Notes: generated from the sequence alone by a model not told the origin. A stretch of 64,000 bases of DNA from an uncultured Desulfobacter sp. (GCA_963665095.1 OY762069.1:5504001-5568000), one strand, 5' to 3'. Positions 39,996 to 50,295 are shown, counted from the stretch's first letter. Translations and numbers: made by a program.

Positions 39996-41243
39996 TTACC
40001 TTCCTTTTTCTGCAGAGATAATCCACACGGGGTTCAGCGCTTCCATGCGCCGTCCCCAGGGCATGTTCCGGGACTGGCTGATCTGGGCCTGGGTTAAACT
40101 CACATCAAAGCCCTTCTCCTCCAGCACTGTTACAGCCAGGTGCAGGGTCTCCATCAAAACGGTATTTACAACGATTCTGCCGTTGGGCTTCAAGACCTTT
40201 GCCACAGTATCCAGCACCTGATCCAGAGTTTTGCCGGAACCACCGATGAAAACCCGGTCAGGTGCCGGCAGCCCCTCTAACCCGTCAGGCAGTTCCGCCA
40301 GCATGACAGACAGATTTTTTACCTTGAACCGCGCCACATTGGCCCGGATCTGGGCGGCACGGTTCTCATTTTTTTCCACGGCATGGACAGCACCCTCGGG
40401 CAGAAACAAGGTGGCTTCAATGCCCACAGACCCGGAACCTGCCCCCAGATCCCATAGGATATGGTCCGGTGCCAGCTCCAGGGCGGAAAGGGTCAGCGTC
40501 CGCACCGGGGCCTTGGTGATCATGCCCTTTTCATGGACAAACCAGTGATCCGGAGTGCCCGGCCGTAACGGACCGCCAGGGGCTGCAAGGTCTCCTTTTT
40601 TCAGCACCACCACATTGGGCTGGGCAAAGGTGCGGTACAGGAGAGCCTCTTCCCCGTGCCCCGATTCATCCAGGCGCACAATCTCTTCTTTCTCATCCCC
40701 CAGGTTCTGCAGCACCCACATCTGCCAGGCATAGTCATGTCCGGCCACCTGTTTTTGAATGGCCCATGGGTCATTCTTAGGATCTGTCAACACACACAAG
40801 AGATCCTTTTCATCCATGGCCTTTGCCAGGGCTGACATGTTGTCCCGGCCGTGCAGGCTCACCCAGGCCGCATCCTGCCAGGGCAATCTGAGACGGGCAA
40901 AGGCCGCTGCCATGCTGGTGACATTGGGGTGGATGACAACCCTGTCTGTACCCAGGCGGTTGATCAGGGTTTTGCCTATGCCGAAAAAGAGTGGATCTCC
41001 CGAGGCCAGCACCACCACCAGCCCGTCTGTCATATGCTGATCAATCATATGCTGGTCTATGAAATCAAGCACCTCTGATATGGGGCTTGAGATCTCTTTT
41101 TTCACGGCGGTGACATCTTCAAAATAGGAAAGATGCCGCTTTCCCCCCACCAGTACGGTGGCCTTTTCAATAAGATCCAGGTGGGATCCGGTCAGATCCG
41201 CAGGACTTAGCCCCATGCCGATTACATGAACCCGTTCGCTCAT
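39996..41243 (-). CDS. cbiET: Bifunctional CbiE/CbiT (CobL) methyltransferase/decarboxylase
   Basis: GGKRHL, ASGDPLFFGIG, SLHGR, MITK, WDLGAGSGSV, PDRVFIGG. Confidence 0.92.
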   Translation of the reverse strand: MSERVHVIGMGLSPADLTGSHLDLIEKATVLVGGKRHLSYFEDVTAVKKEISSPISEVLDFIDQHMIDQHMTDGLVVVLASGDPLFFGIGKTLINRLGTDRVVIHPNVTSMAAAFARLRLPWQDAAWVSLHGRDNMSALAKAMDEKDLLCVLTDPKNDPWAIQKQVAGHDYAWQMWVLQNLGDEKEEIVRLDESGHGEEALLYRTFAQPNVVVLKKGDLAAPGGPLRPGTPDHWFVHEKGMITKAPVRTLTLSALELAPDHILWDLGAGSGSVGIEATLFLPEGAVHAVEKNENRAAQIRANVARFKVKNLSVMLAELPDGLEGLPAPDRVFIGGSGKTLDQVLDTVAKVLKPNGRIVVNTVLMETLHLAVTVLEEKGFDVSLTQAQISQSRNMPWGRRMEALNPVWIISAEKGR

Positions 41244-42358
41244 GATTGTTTCTCCTCCTTCAGGGAATCAAAGGCAACGGCCCCTTCGAAATCATAAATC
41301 ACGGCCCTGAACCGACACGGTGCCGGACAAAATTTTACAGCCGATTGGATCATGGCCGCACCTACCTTTTCCAGCACTGCGGGGTAATCGGGCCAGACCA
41401 TCCCGAATGCGTGCCGGGCCGTATTGGCTTCTGATACTTCCTGTGCCAGGTCGGTATTCCCCGTCACCGCTTTGACCACATCCGCCAGCCACTCCATGGT
41501 GAGATCCGATTTAGCCGCATGGGTGTGGACAAATCCTTGTGCCATTTTCAGGGCTTTGCCGAAAAACACCGCCAGGGTGGCATTGGGAATCTGGTTTTGG
41601 GCCAGGCTTTTCATGGACATGCCGAAAAAATCTCCAATCTGGATAAACGCCTCTTCGTGCAGGTCTGTGAAAAACCCCTGGGAAAACCGCTCGGTGCGCC
41701 GTCCTGTGGTCAATACCACCTGGTCGCATCCGCACGCCTTTGCCACGGACATGGCCGACCGGATGGTGGCGATATATGCCTCATGGGACAACGGTTTCAC
41801 AAGCCCTGTGGTGCCCAGAATGGACAGGCCCTCTTCAATACCCAGCCTTGGGTTCAGGGTTTTTTTAGCCAGCTCTTCCCCATCTTCCACAAAAATTTGG
41901 GCGCTCACCCCGGCACTGCTTTTATAATGGTTCAGAATCTTTCGGGCGGCGGCCGTAATCATCTGCCGGGGGCCAAGGTTGATGGCAGGTTCCCCCGGCG
42001 GAATTTCCAGACCGGGCTTGGTCACGACCCCAACACCCTTACCCCGGGTGATCTGAACAACGCCTGGGTCATCTGTCAGGCAGACCAGGGCACCGATCTT
42101 TGCCCGGTGGGTGATATCGGGATCATCTCCGGCATCCTTGACCACCACTGCCCGGACCCGGTCTTTTTCCGGGACAACCGCGTCAATCAGGATATCAAGG
42201 GCCTGACCGTTGAGCAGGTCAATGGAGACAGATGGCGGAACTTCTCTGCCCAGGATATATACCAGGGCCGCCTTGACCGCAGCCGCTGCGGCCGTGCCTG
42301 TGGTAAAGCCTTTACGCAGGCTTTTCCGGTCGTTATGTTGGGTCTTTTTATCCGACAA
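41240..42358 (-). CDS. cbiD: Cobalt-precorrin-5B C1-methyltransferase
   Basis: LRKGFTTGTAAAAA, KDAGDDPD, TLNPRLGI, SILGTTG. Confidence 0.94.
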   Translation of the reverse strand: MSDKKTQHNDRKSLRKGFTTGTAAAAAVKAALVYILGREVPPSVSIDLLNGQALDILIDAVVPEKDRVRAVVVKDAGDDPDITHRAKIGALVCLTDDPGVVQITRGKGVGVVTKPGLEIPPGEPAINLGPRQMITAAARKILNHYKSSAGVSAQIFVEDGEELAKKTLNPRLGIEEGLSILGTTGLVKPLSHEAYIATIRSAMSVAKACGCDQVVLTTGRRTERFSQGFFTDLHEEAFIQIGDFFGMSMKSLAQNQIPNATLAVFFGKALKMAQGFVHTHAAKSDLTMEWLADVVKAVTGNTDLAQEVSEANTARHAFGMVWPDYPAVLEKVGAAMIQSAVKFCPAPCRFRAVIYDFEGAVAFDSLKEEKQS

Positions 42359-43415
42359 ACCAGTACACCACTCCTACCAGAATAATACTTGCCACCCGGA
42401 ACCCCTGGCCCATGAGCAGCATGGAAAGTCCCATCCCCGGTGAAAAAATCCCCATATACCGGGGCAGCTGGTGCCGGATGGCCCGGATGGGAAAGGCAAT
42501 GATGTTGCCCAGAAGAAGCGCAATCACGGTCTGTTTCATGGTGATGGTGCCAGCATCCATAAGCGCCCCTGCCGCAGCAAACCCTGCAGTAAATTCCGAG
42601 GCAAAGCTTAATACCACCACACCTAAACTCTGGGCCGGGACAAAATTCTGTACGGCAAACCGGGTCATAAAATCTTCAATGGCGTCAAAGGCACCGGCTG
42701 CCGTGAGGACGTAGACCACAGTGTACACCGGAATCACAAAGGCCACCACCCTAACAAACCTGGAGGGCAGTTTCTCCTTTAAAGACTGCGTCAGCGGCTT
42801 TTTCCTTTTTAAAGCCCCTTGGGCTCCCTGGGCCCAAAACGCTTCATCCGCTGCAGCCCCCTTTGCCTGAGCATCCACAAAAAAATGGCCGAACAGGGCA
42901 AACAAAAAGGTGCGCAGGCAGGTGGCCAGAAAGGTTAAAAGAAAATAGAACAATCCTGCCGTGCGGGTCAGGGGTACCACAATGAAAAAGGTCATGGGCA
43001 GGTGCAGAAAAAAGGCAGGGAACTGGTTGATAAAGTTGGTCAGAAAGAGCTGTTTGCGTGTAATCTGTTTTTCTTTGTAAAAATCCAGTAGCATGGCATT
43101 TGCCGACACCCCTGAAAAAAAGGCGGCGGTAAACGCGGCAGAACACCGGTGCCCCAGGTTGGCAAACTTGAACATAGGGGCAGCCAGTGCCCCAAGGCTT
43201 CGGGTCCAGCCGGTATCATCAATGACCTGGGCCACCACAAGGCCTGCGCAGACAAAGGCCAGCATCCGCCCTAAGGGAATTAAAAGCCTTGAAGGCAGCT
43301 TTGCCGCGGTCATGCCGTCTACCATAGAAAGGCCGACAGCAAGAACGCCAATCGTGATCAAAAGCCCGGCCGCCAGGGCCGGACCATTAGTCTTCTTTTG
43401 TCTGGATTCCAACAC
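42348..43415 (-). CDS. Nucleoside-recognition (gate)-type membrane protein of unknown function
   Basis: Multiple TM helices with a two-repeat layout; overlaps both neighbouring cbi genes. Confidence 0.55.
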   Translation of the reverse strand: MLESRQKKTNGPALAAGLLITIGVLAVGLSMVDGMTAAKLPSRLLIPLGRMLAFVCAGLVVAQVIDDTGWTRSLGALAAPMFKFANLGHRCSAAFTAAFFSGVSANAMLLDFYKEKQITRKQLFLTNFINQFPAFFLHLPMTFFIVVPLTRTAGLFYFLLTFLATCLRTFLFALFGHFFVDAQAKGAAADEAFWAQGAQGALKRKKPLTQSLKEKLPSRFVRVVAFVIPVYTVVYVLTAAGAFDAIEDFMTRFAVQNFVPAQSLGVVVLSFASEFTAGFAAAGALMDAGTITMKQTVIALLLGNIIAFPIRAIRHQLPRYMGIFSPGMGLSMLLMGQGFRVASIILVGVVYWFVG

Positions 43416-44127
43416 AATGTCCGCTTTTTTTAGATATGATCAAGGTCCAGTAATCCGGTTTTTTCTCCTGGAACACATTGACATTACCGATGATCTGCTC
43501 CCCTTCCAGTCCGCATTTTACAATGCCCACACTTTTATCCGCCATGCCCGCTTCATCCAGGGCCTTTGCTATGTCGCCGGCATTTTTATACGCCTTCAGA
43601 AAGACCACGTTATCTGCATGGTCGCTGATCTCCCGGAACTTGTCCCCGCCTGTGACTCCGGACAGCAGCGTCATGGTCTCCTCGCCCTCCACCAGCGGGG
43701 TGTTGATCCGTGCGGCTGCGGCCTGGTAGGAGGTAATGCCGGGAATGGAGTGGATCTCAATGTGCGGGGCCAGTTTCTGGATATGTTTGAGCACATACCC
43801 GTAGGTGGAGTAGGTCATGCAGTCTCCAAGGGTGATGAATGCGGCGTTTTTGCCCTCCTCCAGCACCTTGATGACGGTTCTGGCATTATCCTGCCATGCC
43901 GCTTCCATGGCCTCCATGCTCCGGGTCATGGGAAACGGGATCATCTGGATGGGCACAGACGGTTTTAAATGGGGTTTGGCGATCTCAACCGCCTGACTGT
44001 GAGAATTTTTGGCAGAGGATGCGGCAAACACCACATCCACCCGGCTTAAAATATTAACTGCTTTCAACGTGATGAAATCCGGATCTCCGGGTCCCACACC
44101 AATACCGTACAAAATACCCTGGGTCAT
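43387..44127 (-). CDS. cbiL: Cobalt-precorrin-2 C20-methyltransferase
   Basis: LYGIGVGPGDP-ITLKA, FPMT, TLGD-YST, IPGITS. Confidence 0.93.
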   Translation of the reverse strand: MTQGILYGIGVGPGDPDFITLKAVNILSRVDVVFAASSAKNSHSQAVEIAKPHLKPSVPIQMIPFPMTRSMEAMEAAWQDNARTVIKVLEEGKNAAFITLGDCMTYSTYGYVLKHIQKLAPHIEIHSIPGITSYQAAAARINTPLVEGEETMTLLSGVTGGDKFREISDHADNVVFLKAYKNAGDIAKALDEAGMADKSVGIVKCGLEGEQIIGNVNVFQEKKPDYWTLIISKKSGHCVGIQTKED

Positions 44128-44153
44128 TTTATTTCCTTTCTTTGATGCTTATC

Positions 44154-44309
44154 TATTGCCTGAACGAAAACACCGTATTTAGTGTTTGGACGAAAAGTTG
44201 CCCAGATGCAAGGCGCAAGCAAAGCTGCAACCGGAGCGTACTTCAGTACGTGAGGATTGCAGCTTTGTGCAGCAACGCCGCAGGTGGGTGACTTTTCGTC
44301 CAAACACTA
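44154..44309. mobile_element. MITE-like non-autonomous repeat
   Basis: Perfect 19-bp inverted repeats TAGTGTTTGGACGAAAAGT (44180-44198) / ACTTTTCGTCCAAACACTA (44291-44309), with nested inner repeats. The left flank recurs at 63957-63990. Confidence 0.75.
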
Positions 44310-44310
44310 T

Positions 44311-44922
44311 CTATGCACTTGCCATCAGGGCCAGTGCGTTAATAACACTTGCCGCCACATTGGAGCCGCCTTTACGGCCCGCATTTGAAATATGGGGGAT
44401 ATTGGTTTCCATCAGGGCTGCCTTGGATTCCGCCGCATTGACAAATCCCACGGGGAGCCCCACAACAAGGGCCGGGTTGGCCTTTTTCTGTTCAATCATC
44501 TCAAGCAGGTGGAGAAGCGCTGTGGGCGCGTTCCCCACCACATAGATGCCGTTCTCCATCATGGGGGCGGCCTTTTCCACGGCCACATGGGCCCGGGTCA
44601 CGCCGGCTGCCTTGGCCTCGGCCGCCACTTCAGGATCTGCCATGAGGCACTCACAGCGCCCGCCGAAATTTGCCAGAAGATCTTTTCGAATCCCGGTTTT
44701 TGCCATGTTGGTGTCCGTGATCACGGTACACCCGCTTTGAATGGCCTTAATACCTGCCGCCACTGCGCCTGGAGAGATCTTGACCATCTCCATGTACTGA
44801 AAATCTGCTGACGTATGGATCATGCGCCGGACAACGTTCCACTCTTCATAAGAAAAATTGTGTGGACCCGCCTCCTCATCAATGATGGCAAAGCTTTTAA
44901 TTTCAATTTCATGGGGCTTCAT
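44311..44922 (-). CDS. cbiC: Precorrin-8X/cobalt-precorrin-8 methylmutase
   Basis: IEIKSFAII, RMIHTSADF, VGNAPTAL, PVGFVNAAESK, GRKGGS. Confidence 0.95.
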   Translation of the reverse strand: MKPHEIEIKSFAIIDEEAGPHNFSYEEWNVVRRMIHTSADFQYMEMVKISPGAVAAGIKAIQSGCTVITDTNMAKTGIRKDLLANFGGRCECLMADPEVAAEAKAAGVTRAHVAVEKAAPMMENGIYVVGNAPTALLHLLEMIEQKKANPALVVGLPVGFVNAAESKAALMETNIPHISNAGRKGGSNVAASVINALALMASA

Positions 44923-46295
44923 TTATGCTTTTTCCTTTCTTTCTGGTATTCCAGACACGCCCGCACCAGATTTTGGGGCACATCCGGGTTGCTTTTAAAG
45001 TGCAGATGCAGGTAACTGCCAAGGGTCCGGTTTTTTTCAAAACCCGGCACGGCCCGGGCGCCACCAGCCCGGTCGCAGGCATCATAAACACTGTCACAAT
45101 CATGATCATCCAGGCTGGAGTAGTGGAACTCATGTCCCCGGGCCACAACCCCCTTTTCTCCAAGAATGGCATCCCGGTTCAGGGTAATCTCTCTATAGCC
45201 CAAAGCTCTCAGGGATTTCGACATGCGGCAGGTAAAATCAAAACATCCCACCATCTCATGGCTTTTGCCCTCAAGATCCTCAAGGGTATGGCAAATGGTC
45301 ATGAACCCGCCGCACTCGGCATAGATGGGCATCCCGGCTGCACTTGCCGCAGAAACCGCCCGCCTGAATCCCTGATTTTGTGTAAGGGTTCTGGCGTGCA
45401 GTTCCGGATACCCCCCGCCCAGATAGAGGCCGTCAATGTTGTCGGGCAAAGCAGAATCGGACAGGGGTGAAAAATAGACAATATCTGCGCCTGCTTCCTC
45501 GAGCAGTTCAATATTTTCAGGATAGTAAAAACAAAACGCTGCATCCCTTGCCACGGCAATGCGTACCACGGACGTATTCCTGTTGGCGGGTCGAGTGGTT
45601 GCCGACACTCCCACATGGGGCAGGGATGCCAGCAGGGCGTCCAGATCCATGCTCTTTTCCACCAGATCAGCCAGGGCATTTTGCATTTTGTCTCCAAGGC
45701 CGTGGTCATCGCTTGTGACAAGGCCCAGGTGCCGGGACGGGATCTCGATCTGCTGCTCCCGGCCCACGCCTCCCAGGCAGGGCATCTTTACATTGCCCTC
45801 CAGTGCCTGGCTCAGATAATCCAGATGAACCGGGCTGCCCACCTTGTTGAACAGGACGCCCGCAAATTTCAGATCCGGATCAAAGTTTTCAAACCCCTGG
45901 ACAAGAGCCCCTGCACTTCTGGCCATGCTCCGGGCATCCACCACCAGCAGCACCGGAAGTCCCAGCCACTTGGCCATCTGGGCTGTGGATCCGGCCTCAC
46001 TCCTGCCGTCATACCCGTCAAACAGCCCCATCACCCCCTCCACCACGGCAATGTCGGCCTGGCCGGTGTTTTGCCGAAATATATCCAGGTTGGTCTGTTT
46101 GGACAGCATCCACCCGTCGAGATTGCGGCTGGCCACCCCTGTGATGGCGGTGTGGTGCCCCGGGTCAATGAAATCCGGGCCGGTTTTAAAAGGCGCCACT
46201 GTAAGGCCCCGACGTTTGAGTGCTGCCATCAGTCCTAACGTAATGGTGGTCTTGCCGCACCCGGAGTGAACTCCGGCAACAACAATGCCTTTCAT
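44919..46295 (-). CDS. cbiA: Cobyrinate a,c-diamide synthase
   Basis: SGCGKTT, GPDFIDP, EGVMGLFDG, SRHLGL, GGGYPEL, YAECGG, GHEFHYS. Confidence 0.95.
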   Translation of the reverse strand: MKGIVVAGVHSGCGKTTITLGLMAALKRRGLTVAPFKTGPDFIDPGHHTAITGVASRNLDGWMLSKQTNLDIFRQNTGQADIAVVEGVMGLFDGYDGRSEAGSTAQMAKWLGLPVLLVVDARSMARSAGALVQGFENFDPDLKFAGVLFNKVGSPVHLDYLSQALEGNVKMPCLGGVGREQQIEIPSRHLGLVTSDDHGLGDKMQNALADLVEKSMDLDALLASLPHVGVSATTRPANRNTSVVRIAVARDAAFCFYYPENIELLEEAGADIVYFSPLSDSALPDNIDGLYLGGGYPELHARTLTQNQGFRRAVSAASAAGMPIYAECGGFMTICHTLEDLEGKSHEMVGCFDFTCRMSKSLRALGYREITLNRDAILGEKGVVARGHEFHYSSLDDHDCDSVYDACDRAGGARAVPGFEKNRTLGSYLHLHFKSNPDVPQNLVRACLEYQKERKKHK

Positions 46296-47233
46296 TTGGT
46301 ACCTCCTGTGTCAATGCCCGCATTATCCCGGGGGGCTTCCGGATAAAGAATATCTGTGATGGCATGAATCCCTTTGAGCAGCTCCATGGTAGGCCGGGAA
46401 ACTTGTTTTTCATCCACAATAAAAATCTGATTCTCCCTGACAGCTTTAATCACCTCAAATCCCGGCTCATTTTTAATCATCTCAATTGTGGGCTGGTTCA
46501 TGGCACCAGTCTGGGCCAGGAATACGTCGATCTCGTCAGCATGGAAGAGAATGCGCTCCTTGCCGTAAAAGGCGATGTTGGTGCCGCGCACCGAAGGGGC
46601 GTCCTGGGCAACGTTTATACCGCCGGCGGTTTCCAGGGCAAAAATCGCCATGGAACCGGGGGTGAAGGTCTTCATCCGGGAGTGGATGGCCTCAAAGTAA
46701 ACCTTTTTTTTGTCGGGCAGGTTCCGGGGCACTGCCTTTATCCGGGCAATATCTTTTTTGAATACAGCGACCATATTTTGTGCCTGGGCAGCTTTGCCGG
46801 TGAGGGATCCCAAGACCATCCAGTAGTCAAACATCTCATCCACCGTGCCCGGTTGAAGGGAGACCACCGCGATTCCTGCCTTTTCCATGCCTTTGACCAG
46901 ATCGGCATAGGCCCGGTCAATCATGGGCCGGATCAGCACCAGGTCCGGACGGGCAGCCAGAAATTTTTCAAGACCTTCATGGTAGGAATATTCAGCTTTG
47001 CCCTCCCAGTTGTCAGAACGACTGACCCCAATAATTTCACTGTCCAGCCCCAGGCTTTTTAAATTCTGGGTGTGGGCCCCGTAAAGGGAGATGATTCGGC
47101 AATAGGGTTTGTCAATCGTAATCTTGCGTCCGGCCATATCGGTGATCACCCCGCAGGCAACGCTTTGTGTTGGCAGTAACCAGGCCAGAAAGACCAGTAA
47201 AAATAAAGGGATGGTCCAATTAAAAAATTTCAT
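46292..47233 (-). CDS. ABC substrate-binding protein (BtuF/Fe-siderophore class)
   Basis: Signal peptide, 'ITDMAGRKI', 'RIISL', 'EKFLAARPDLV', 'IKAVRENQIF'. Start 47233 by TAATG coupling. Confidence 0.8.
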   Translation of the reverse strand: MKFFNWTIPLFLLVFLAWLLPTQSVACGVITDMAGRKITIDKPYCRIISLYGAHTQNLKSLGLDSEIIGVSRSDNWEGKAEYSYHEGLEKFLAARPDLVLIRPMIDRAYADLVKGMEKAGIAVVSLQPGTVDEMFDYWMVLGSLTGKAAQAQNMVAVFKKDIARIKAVPRNLPDKKKVYFEAIHSRMKTFTPGSMAIFALETAGGINVAQDAPSVRGTNIAFYGKERILFHADEIDVFLAQTGAMNQPTIEMIKNEPGFEVIKAVRENQIFIVDEKQVSRPTMELLKGIHAITDILYPEAPRDNAGIDTGGTK

Positions 47234-48003
47234 TATAAAAACACCACCTGGGGACATTGAATTGTTTCATCGTAATAAACTTTTGACTCTACTTCAAACA
47301 CCTCTTTAATCACTGATTCCGTTAAAACTTCTTTAACAGGGCCGTGGGCAGATGCCTTTCCGTTTTTAACAAAGAGCAGGCTGTGGCAGAACCGGGCCGC
47401 AAGATTGATATCCTGAAGCACACTGATTACAGTAAGGTTTTGTTTTTTTACCCGCTGGGCAGCAAGGTTCATCAGCGCCAGGGTGTGACGGACATCCAGG
47501 TTGGAGGTGGCCTCGTCTAAGATCAGGCAGGCTGCGTCCTGGGCCAGGGCCCTTGCAAATACCACCCGCTGGCGCTCTCCACCGGACAGTTCTGTCACAT
47601 GACGCAGCGAAAAATCCCGGATGCCCGTGGCGGTCATGGCCTGATCCACCAGTTCCCGGTCGTGGGTATCCGGTACCCCGAACCGTCCTAAATGGGGATA
47701 ACGCCCCATCATCACCACCTGATCCACGGTAAAAGGAAAATTGACCCTGAAATCCTGGGGCACCAGAGCACATTTTCTGGCAAGCTGGGCCGGGGACAAG
47801 TCTTCCAGGCGATGGTCATCCAGAAGGATCTCACCTTTCAAAGGTTTTAAATGTCCGGTTATCAGATCCAGCAACGTGGTCTTTCCTGATCCATTGGGCC
47901 CCAGCACCCCGTGAAATCCACCCGTGGGAAAATCCAGACTGATCCCGGAAAAAATGGTGCGGTGTTCATAGGAAAACCAGATATTTTTCAACGCGAACCC
48001 CAT
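47233..48003 (-). CDS. ABC ATPase (BtuD/FecE type)
   Basis: GPNGSGKTT, MGRYPH, LSGGERQR, LDEATSNLD. Confidence 0.88.
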   Translation of the reverse strand: MGFALKNIWFSYEHRTIFSGISLDFPTGGFHGVLGPNGSGKTTLLDLITGHLKPLKGEILLDDHRLEDLSPAQLARKCALVPQDFRVNFPFTVDQVVMMGRYPHLGRFGVPDTHDRELVDQAMTATGIRDFSLRHVTELSGGERQRVVFARALAQDAACLILDEATSNLDVRHTLALMNLAAQRVKKQNLTVISVLQDINLAARFCHSLLFVKNGKASAHGPVKEVLTESVIKEVFEVESKVYYDETIQCPQVVFL

Positions 48004-48006
48004 GCC

Positions 48007-49044
48007 CTACAACCTCTTTTTCCCTGCAAACTGGCGTTTGAATACATAACAGAAAAACGGACCGCCGATCAATGCGGTGAGTACACCTATGGGCAGTTCC
48101 GAAGGCAGCACCGCCCGGGTAAAAGTGTCTGCACATAAAAGCAATGCGGCTCCTGCCAGAAGGCAGACCGGCATGAGCCACTGGTTGTCGGCACCTACCA
48201 CGCCGCGCATCATATGGGGGACCAGAAGGCCTACAAAACCGATAATACCAGAAACGGACACACACACCGCAGCCATCAAAGAGGCGGCAGCCAGAAGAAT
48301 CAGGCGGGATTTTATCACATCCACCCCCAAAGAGGCGGCAGCCCGGTCGCCCAATGCCATGAGATTAAGATCCCGGCCAAAGCACAGGCACACCAAAGCG
48401 CCGATGCCGACAAAGGCCAGACACAGCCCTGCATCCATCCAGGTTTTGGAGGCAAAACTGCCCATGAGCCAGAAGATGATCACCGACACCCGCTCGTCCG
48501 CCGCATATTTAAGGAAACTGATCCCGGCCGAAAGAATGGCCGCCACGATAATGCCTGAAAGGATCAGGTTGTTGGAAGAGTAGCCGCCGGCACTGCCACC
48601 GGAAAGATACAGCACCACCCCCAGGGTCACAAGGGCGCCGGCAAAGGCACAAAGCCCGACGCTTAGCCCCTGAAAACTGCTCATGTTGAACAAAAAGGCC
48701 ACACAAGCCCCGAAAGCGGCGCCTGCAGAAATGCCTAAGGTATATGGATCTGCCAGGGGATTTTTCAAAATGCCCTGAAATACCACCCCTGAAAGAGATA
48801 AGCCCGCCCCCACAATGGCGGCGGTAAAAATTCTGGGCAGACGCACATCAAAAATAATGGCCGATGCCAGGGTATCGGCGGGAGTCAGCCCGCAGATCTT
48901 CTCCCATATTACGGCCGCCACCTGGGAAAAAGGAACGCGGACCACCCCCATTCCTGCAGACAGTACAATCACCCCGCCCAGCAGCAGCCCTAAGACAACC
49001 GCCACCCGAACAGGGGATATTTTTATGCCAGTTTCAGCCGGCAT
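48007..49044 (-). CDS. FecCD/BtuC-family ABC permease
   Basis: RLPR, NPLADPY-LGISAGA, IGFVGLLVPH, ELPIGVLTALIGGPFF. Confidence 0.9.
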   Translation of the reverse strand: MPAETGIKISPVRVAVVLGLLLGGVIVLSAGMGVVRVPFSQVAAVIWEKICGLTPADTLASAIIFDVRLPRIFTAAIVGAGLSLSGVVFQGILKNPLADPYTLGISAGAAFGACVAFLFNMSSFQGLSVGLCAFAGALVTLGVVLYLSGGSAGGYSSNNLILSGIIVAAILSAGISFLKYAADERVSVIIFWLMGSFASKTWMDAGLCLAFVGIGALVCLCFGRDLNLMALGDRAAASLGVDVIKSRLILLAAASLMAAVCVSVSGIIGFVGLLVPHMMRGVVGADNQWLMPVCLLAGAALLLCADTFTRAVLPSELPIGVLTALIGGPFFCYVFKRQFAGKKRL

Positions 49045-49149
49045 GGAATCACAACACTCCTTTTACTGTTTATATCAGGCTGACCTTTGAGATGGGAAAA
49101 CAAAAGTCAGTCTGATGCTGTTGGGCTTTAAATTAGAGCCGTTCAAACC

Positions 49150-50025
49150 CTATTTAAAGTGGCCCATGGTTTTGGTTAGCTGACCCACCCAGATGTCAGC
49201 AAATTCATCATACTCAGCCGTACCTTTCAGCACGGTCTTGCAGGAGAAGCCCGCCTTGGTCAGCTGGGATTTCCAGGAATCATCCTCATCCCCTGCCATA
49301 TCATTTTTAGCATGATCCCCTGCCACCGACATAAAGGGCATCACCCATACATTTTTAGCCTTTTTTGCCTTGAGCCAGGCAATGACATCGGACAGTTCCG
49401 GGTACCCTTCCACAGTGCCCATTATAATGTTGGGATCTTTCTGCTGCAGTTGCCAGTTCATGGCAGAGTAATAGATATTGCCCGGATGATGTGTTCCGTG
49501 TCCCATAAGTACAACAGGTTCGCTGGCTTTGCGCGCTTTGGGCAGTGTGGCAATCACAGCATCAACTGCTTTGGCCACCGTGTCCTGTGCGCCCAGCATG
49601 GGAAATCCTAAAATAAGCCGGTCAAACCCGCCGGGCATCTGCCTGAAACCGTTCACTGTCATGGTGAGATCATGGTATTCTTCTCCCGGAATGGTGTGAA
49701 GGGACTGAACCGCTACATGGGTGTAGCCTTCATCCATCATTTTTGCCAGGGCTTCGGCCGGGGAGAGGATCACCTCGCCCTGCCTGGCCAGTTTGTGGCG
49801 GATAATGTGGGAAGTGTAGGCCCAGTAAATATCAACACCGGGAAACGCTTTTTCTACTTTTGCTTCAATGTTTTTAAACGACACCTTGGCCGAGGCTTCG
49901 CTGGTGCCGAATGCCACCAGCAGGATTCCTTTTTTCATCTCCCTGGCCTCTTTGTGGGCATAGGCATTGGCCGCACACAAAACCATGGCCAGAACAACCA
50001 GTACTGAAATCGCTTTTCTTCTCAT
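49150..50025 (-). CDS. cbiK: Sirohydrochlorin cobaltochelatase with signal peptide (periplasmic CbiK)
   Basis: LLVAFGTS, PGEEY, MGHGT, PFMSVAGDHAKNDMAG; Sec signal MRRK...ANAYA. Confidence 0.9.
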   Translation of the reverse strand: MRRKAISVLVVLAMVLCAANAYAHKEAREMKKGILLVAFGTSEASAKVSFKNIEAKVEKAFPGVDIYWAYTSHIIRHKLARQGEVILSPAEALAKMMDEGYTHVAVQSLHTIPGEEYHDLTMTVNGFRQMPGGFDRLILGFPMLGAQDTVAKAVDAVIATLPKARKASEPVVLMGHGTHHPGNIYYSAMNWQLQQKDPNIIMGTVEGYPELSDVIAWLKAKKAKNVWVMPFMSVAGDHAKNDMAGDEDDSWKSQLTKAGFSCKTVLKGTAEYDEFADIWVGQLTKTMGHFK

Positions 50026-50184
50026 GCTGCATTCTCCTAATCTAATTTCTGTTAATCATAAATCGGGCAACAGCCCTGTCTGGTGCTGAGCAAAAGCCTG
50101 GCAGGATTTCAGGGCAGCGCGTATTTGCCAAATACGCCTGTGCCTGGAAATTTGAAAAGCGGTCCCGTTTAATGTTTCGAAAAC

Positions 50185-50225
50185 AAAAAAAAGCAGCATC
50201 TTAAATTGTATTATTTAAGAGCTGC
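50185..50225 (-). terminator. Leader terminator (riboswitch expression platform)
   Basis: GCAGC-TCTTAAAT...ATTTAAGA-T-GCTGC followed by 8 T on the minus strand, between the aptamer and cbiK. Confidence 0.7.
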
Positions 50226-50295
50226 ATCCCGTTTCTTCGACTCTGTATTTTATAGTTTCGCCATCTGTGTCCCATCGCACATCTACGAATCCTTA

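Noticed and set aside
41519..43968. Long plus-strand ORFs (288 and 291 aa)
   Set aside because: They are antisense shadows of GC-rich cbi genes.
44186..44545. 119-aa plus-strand ORF
   Set aside because: It starts in the MITE and runs antisense to cbiC.
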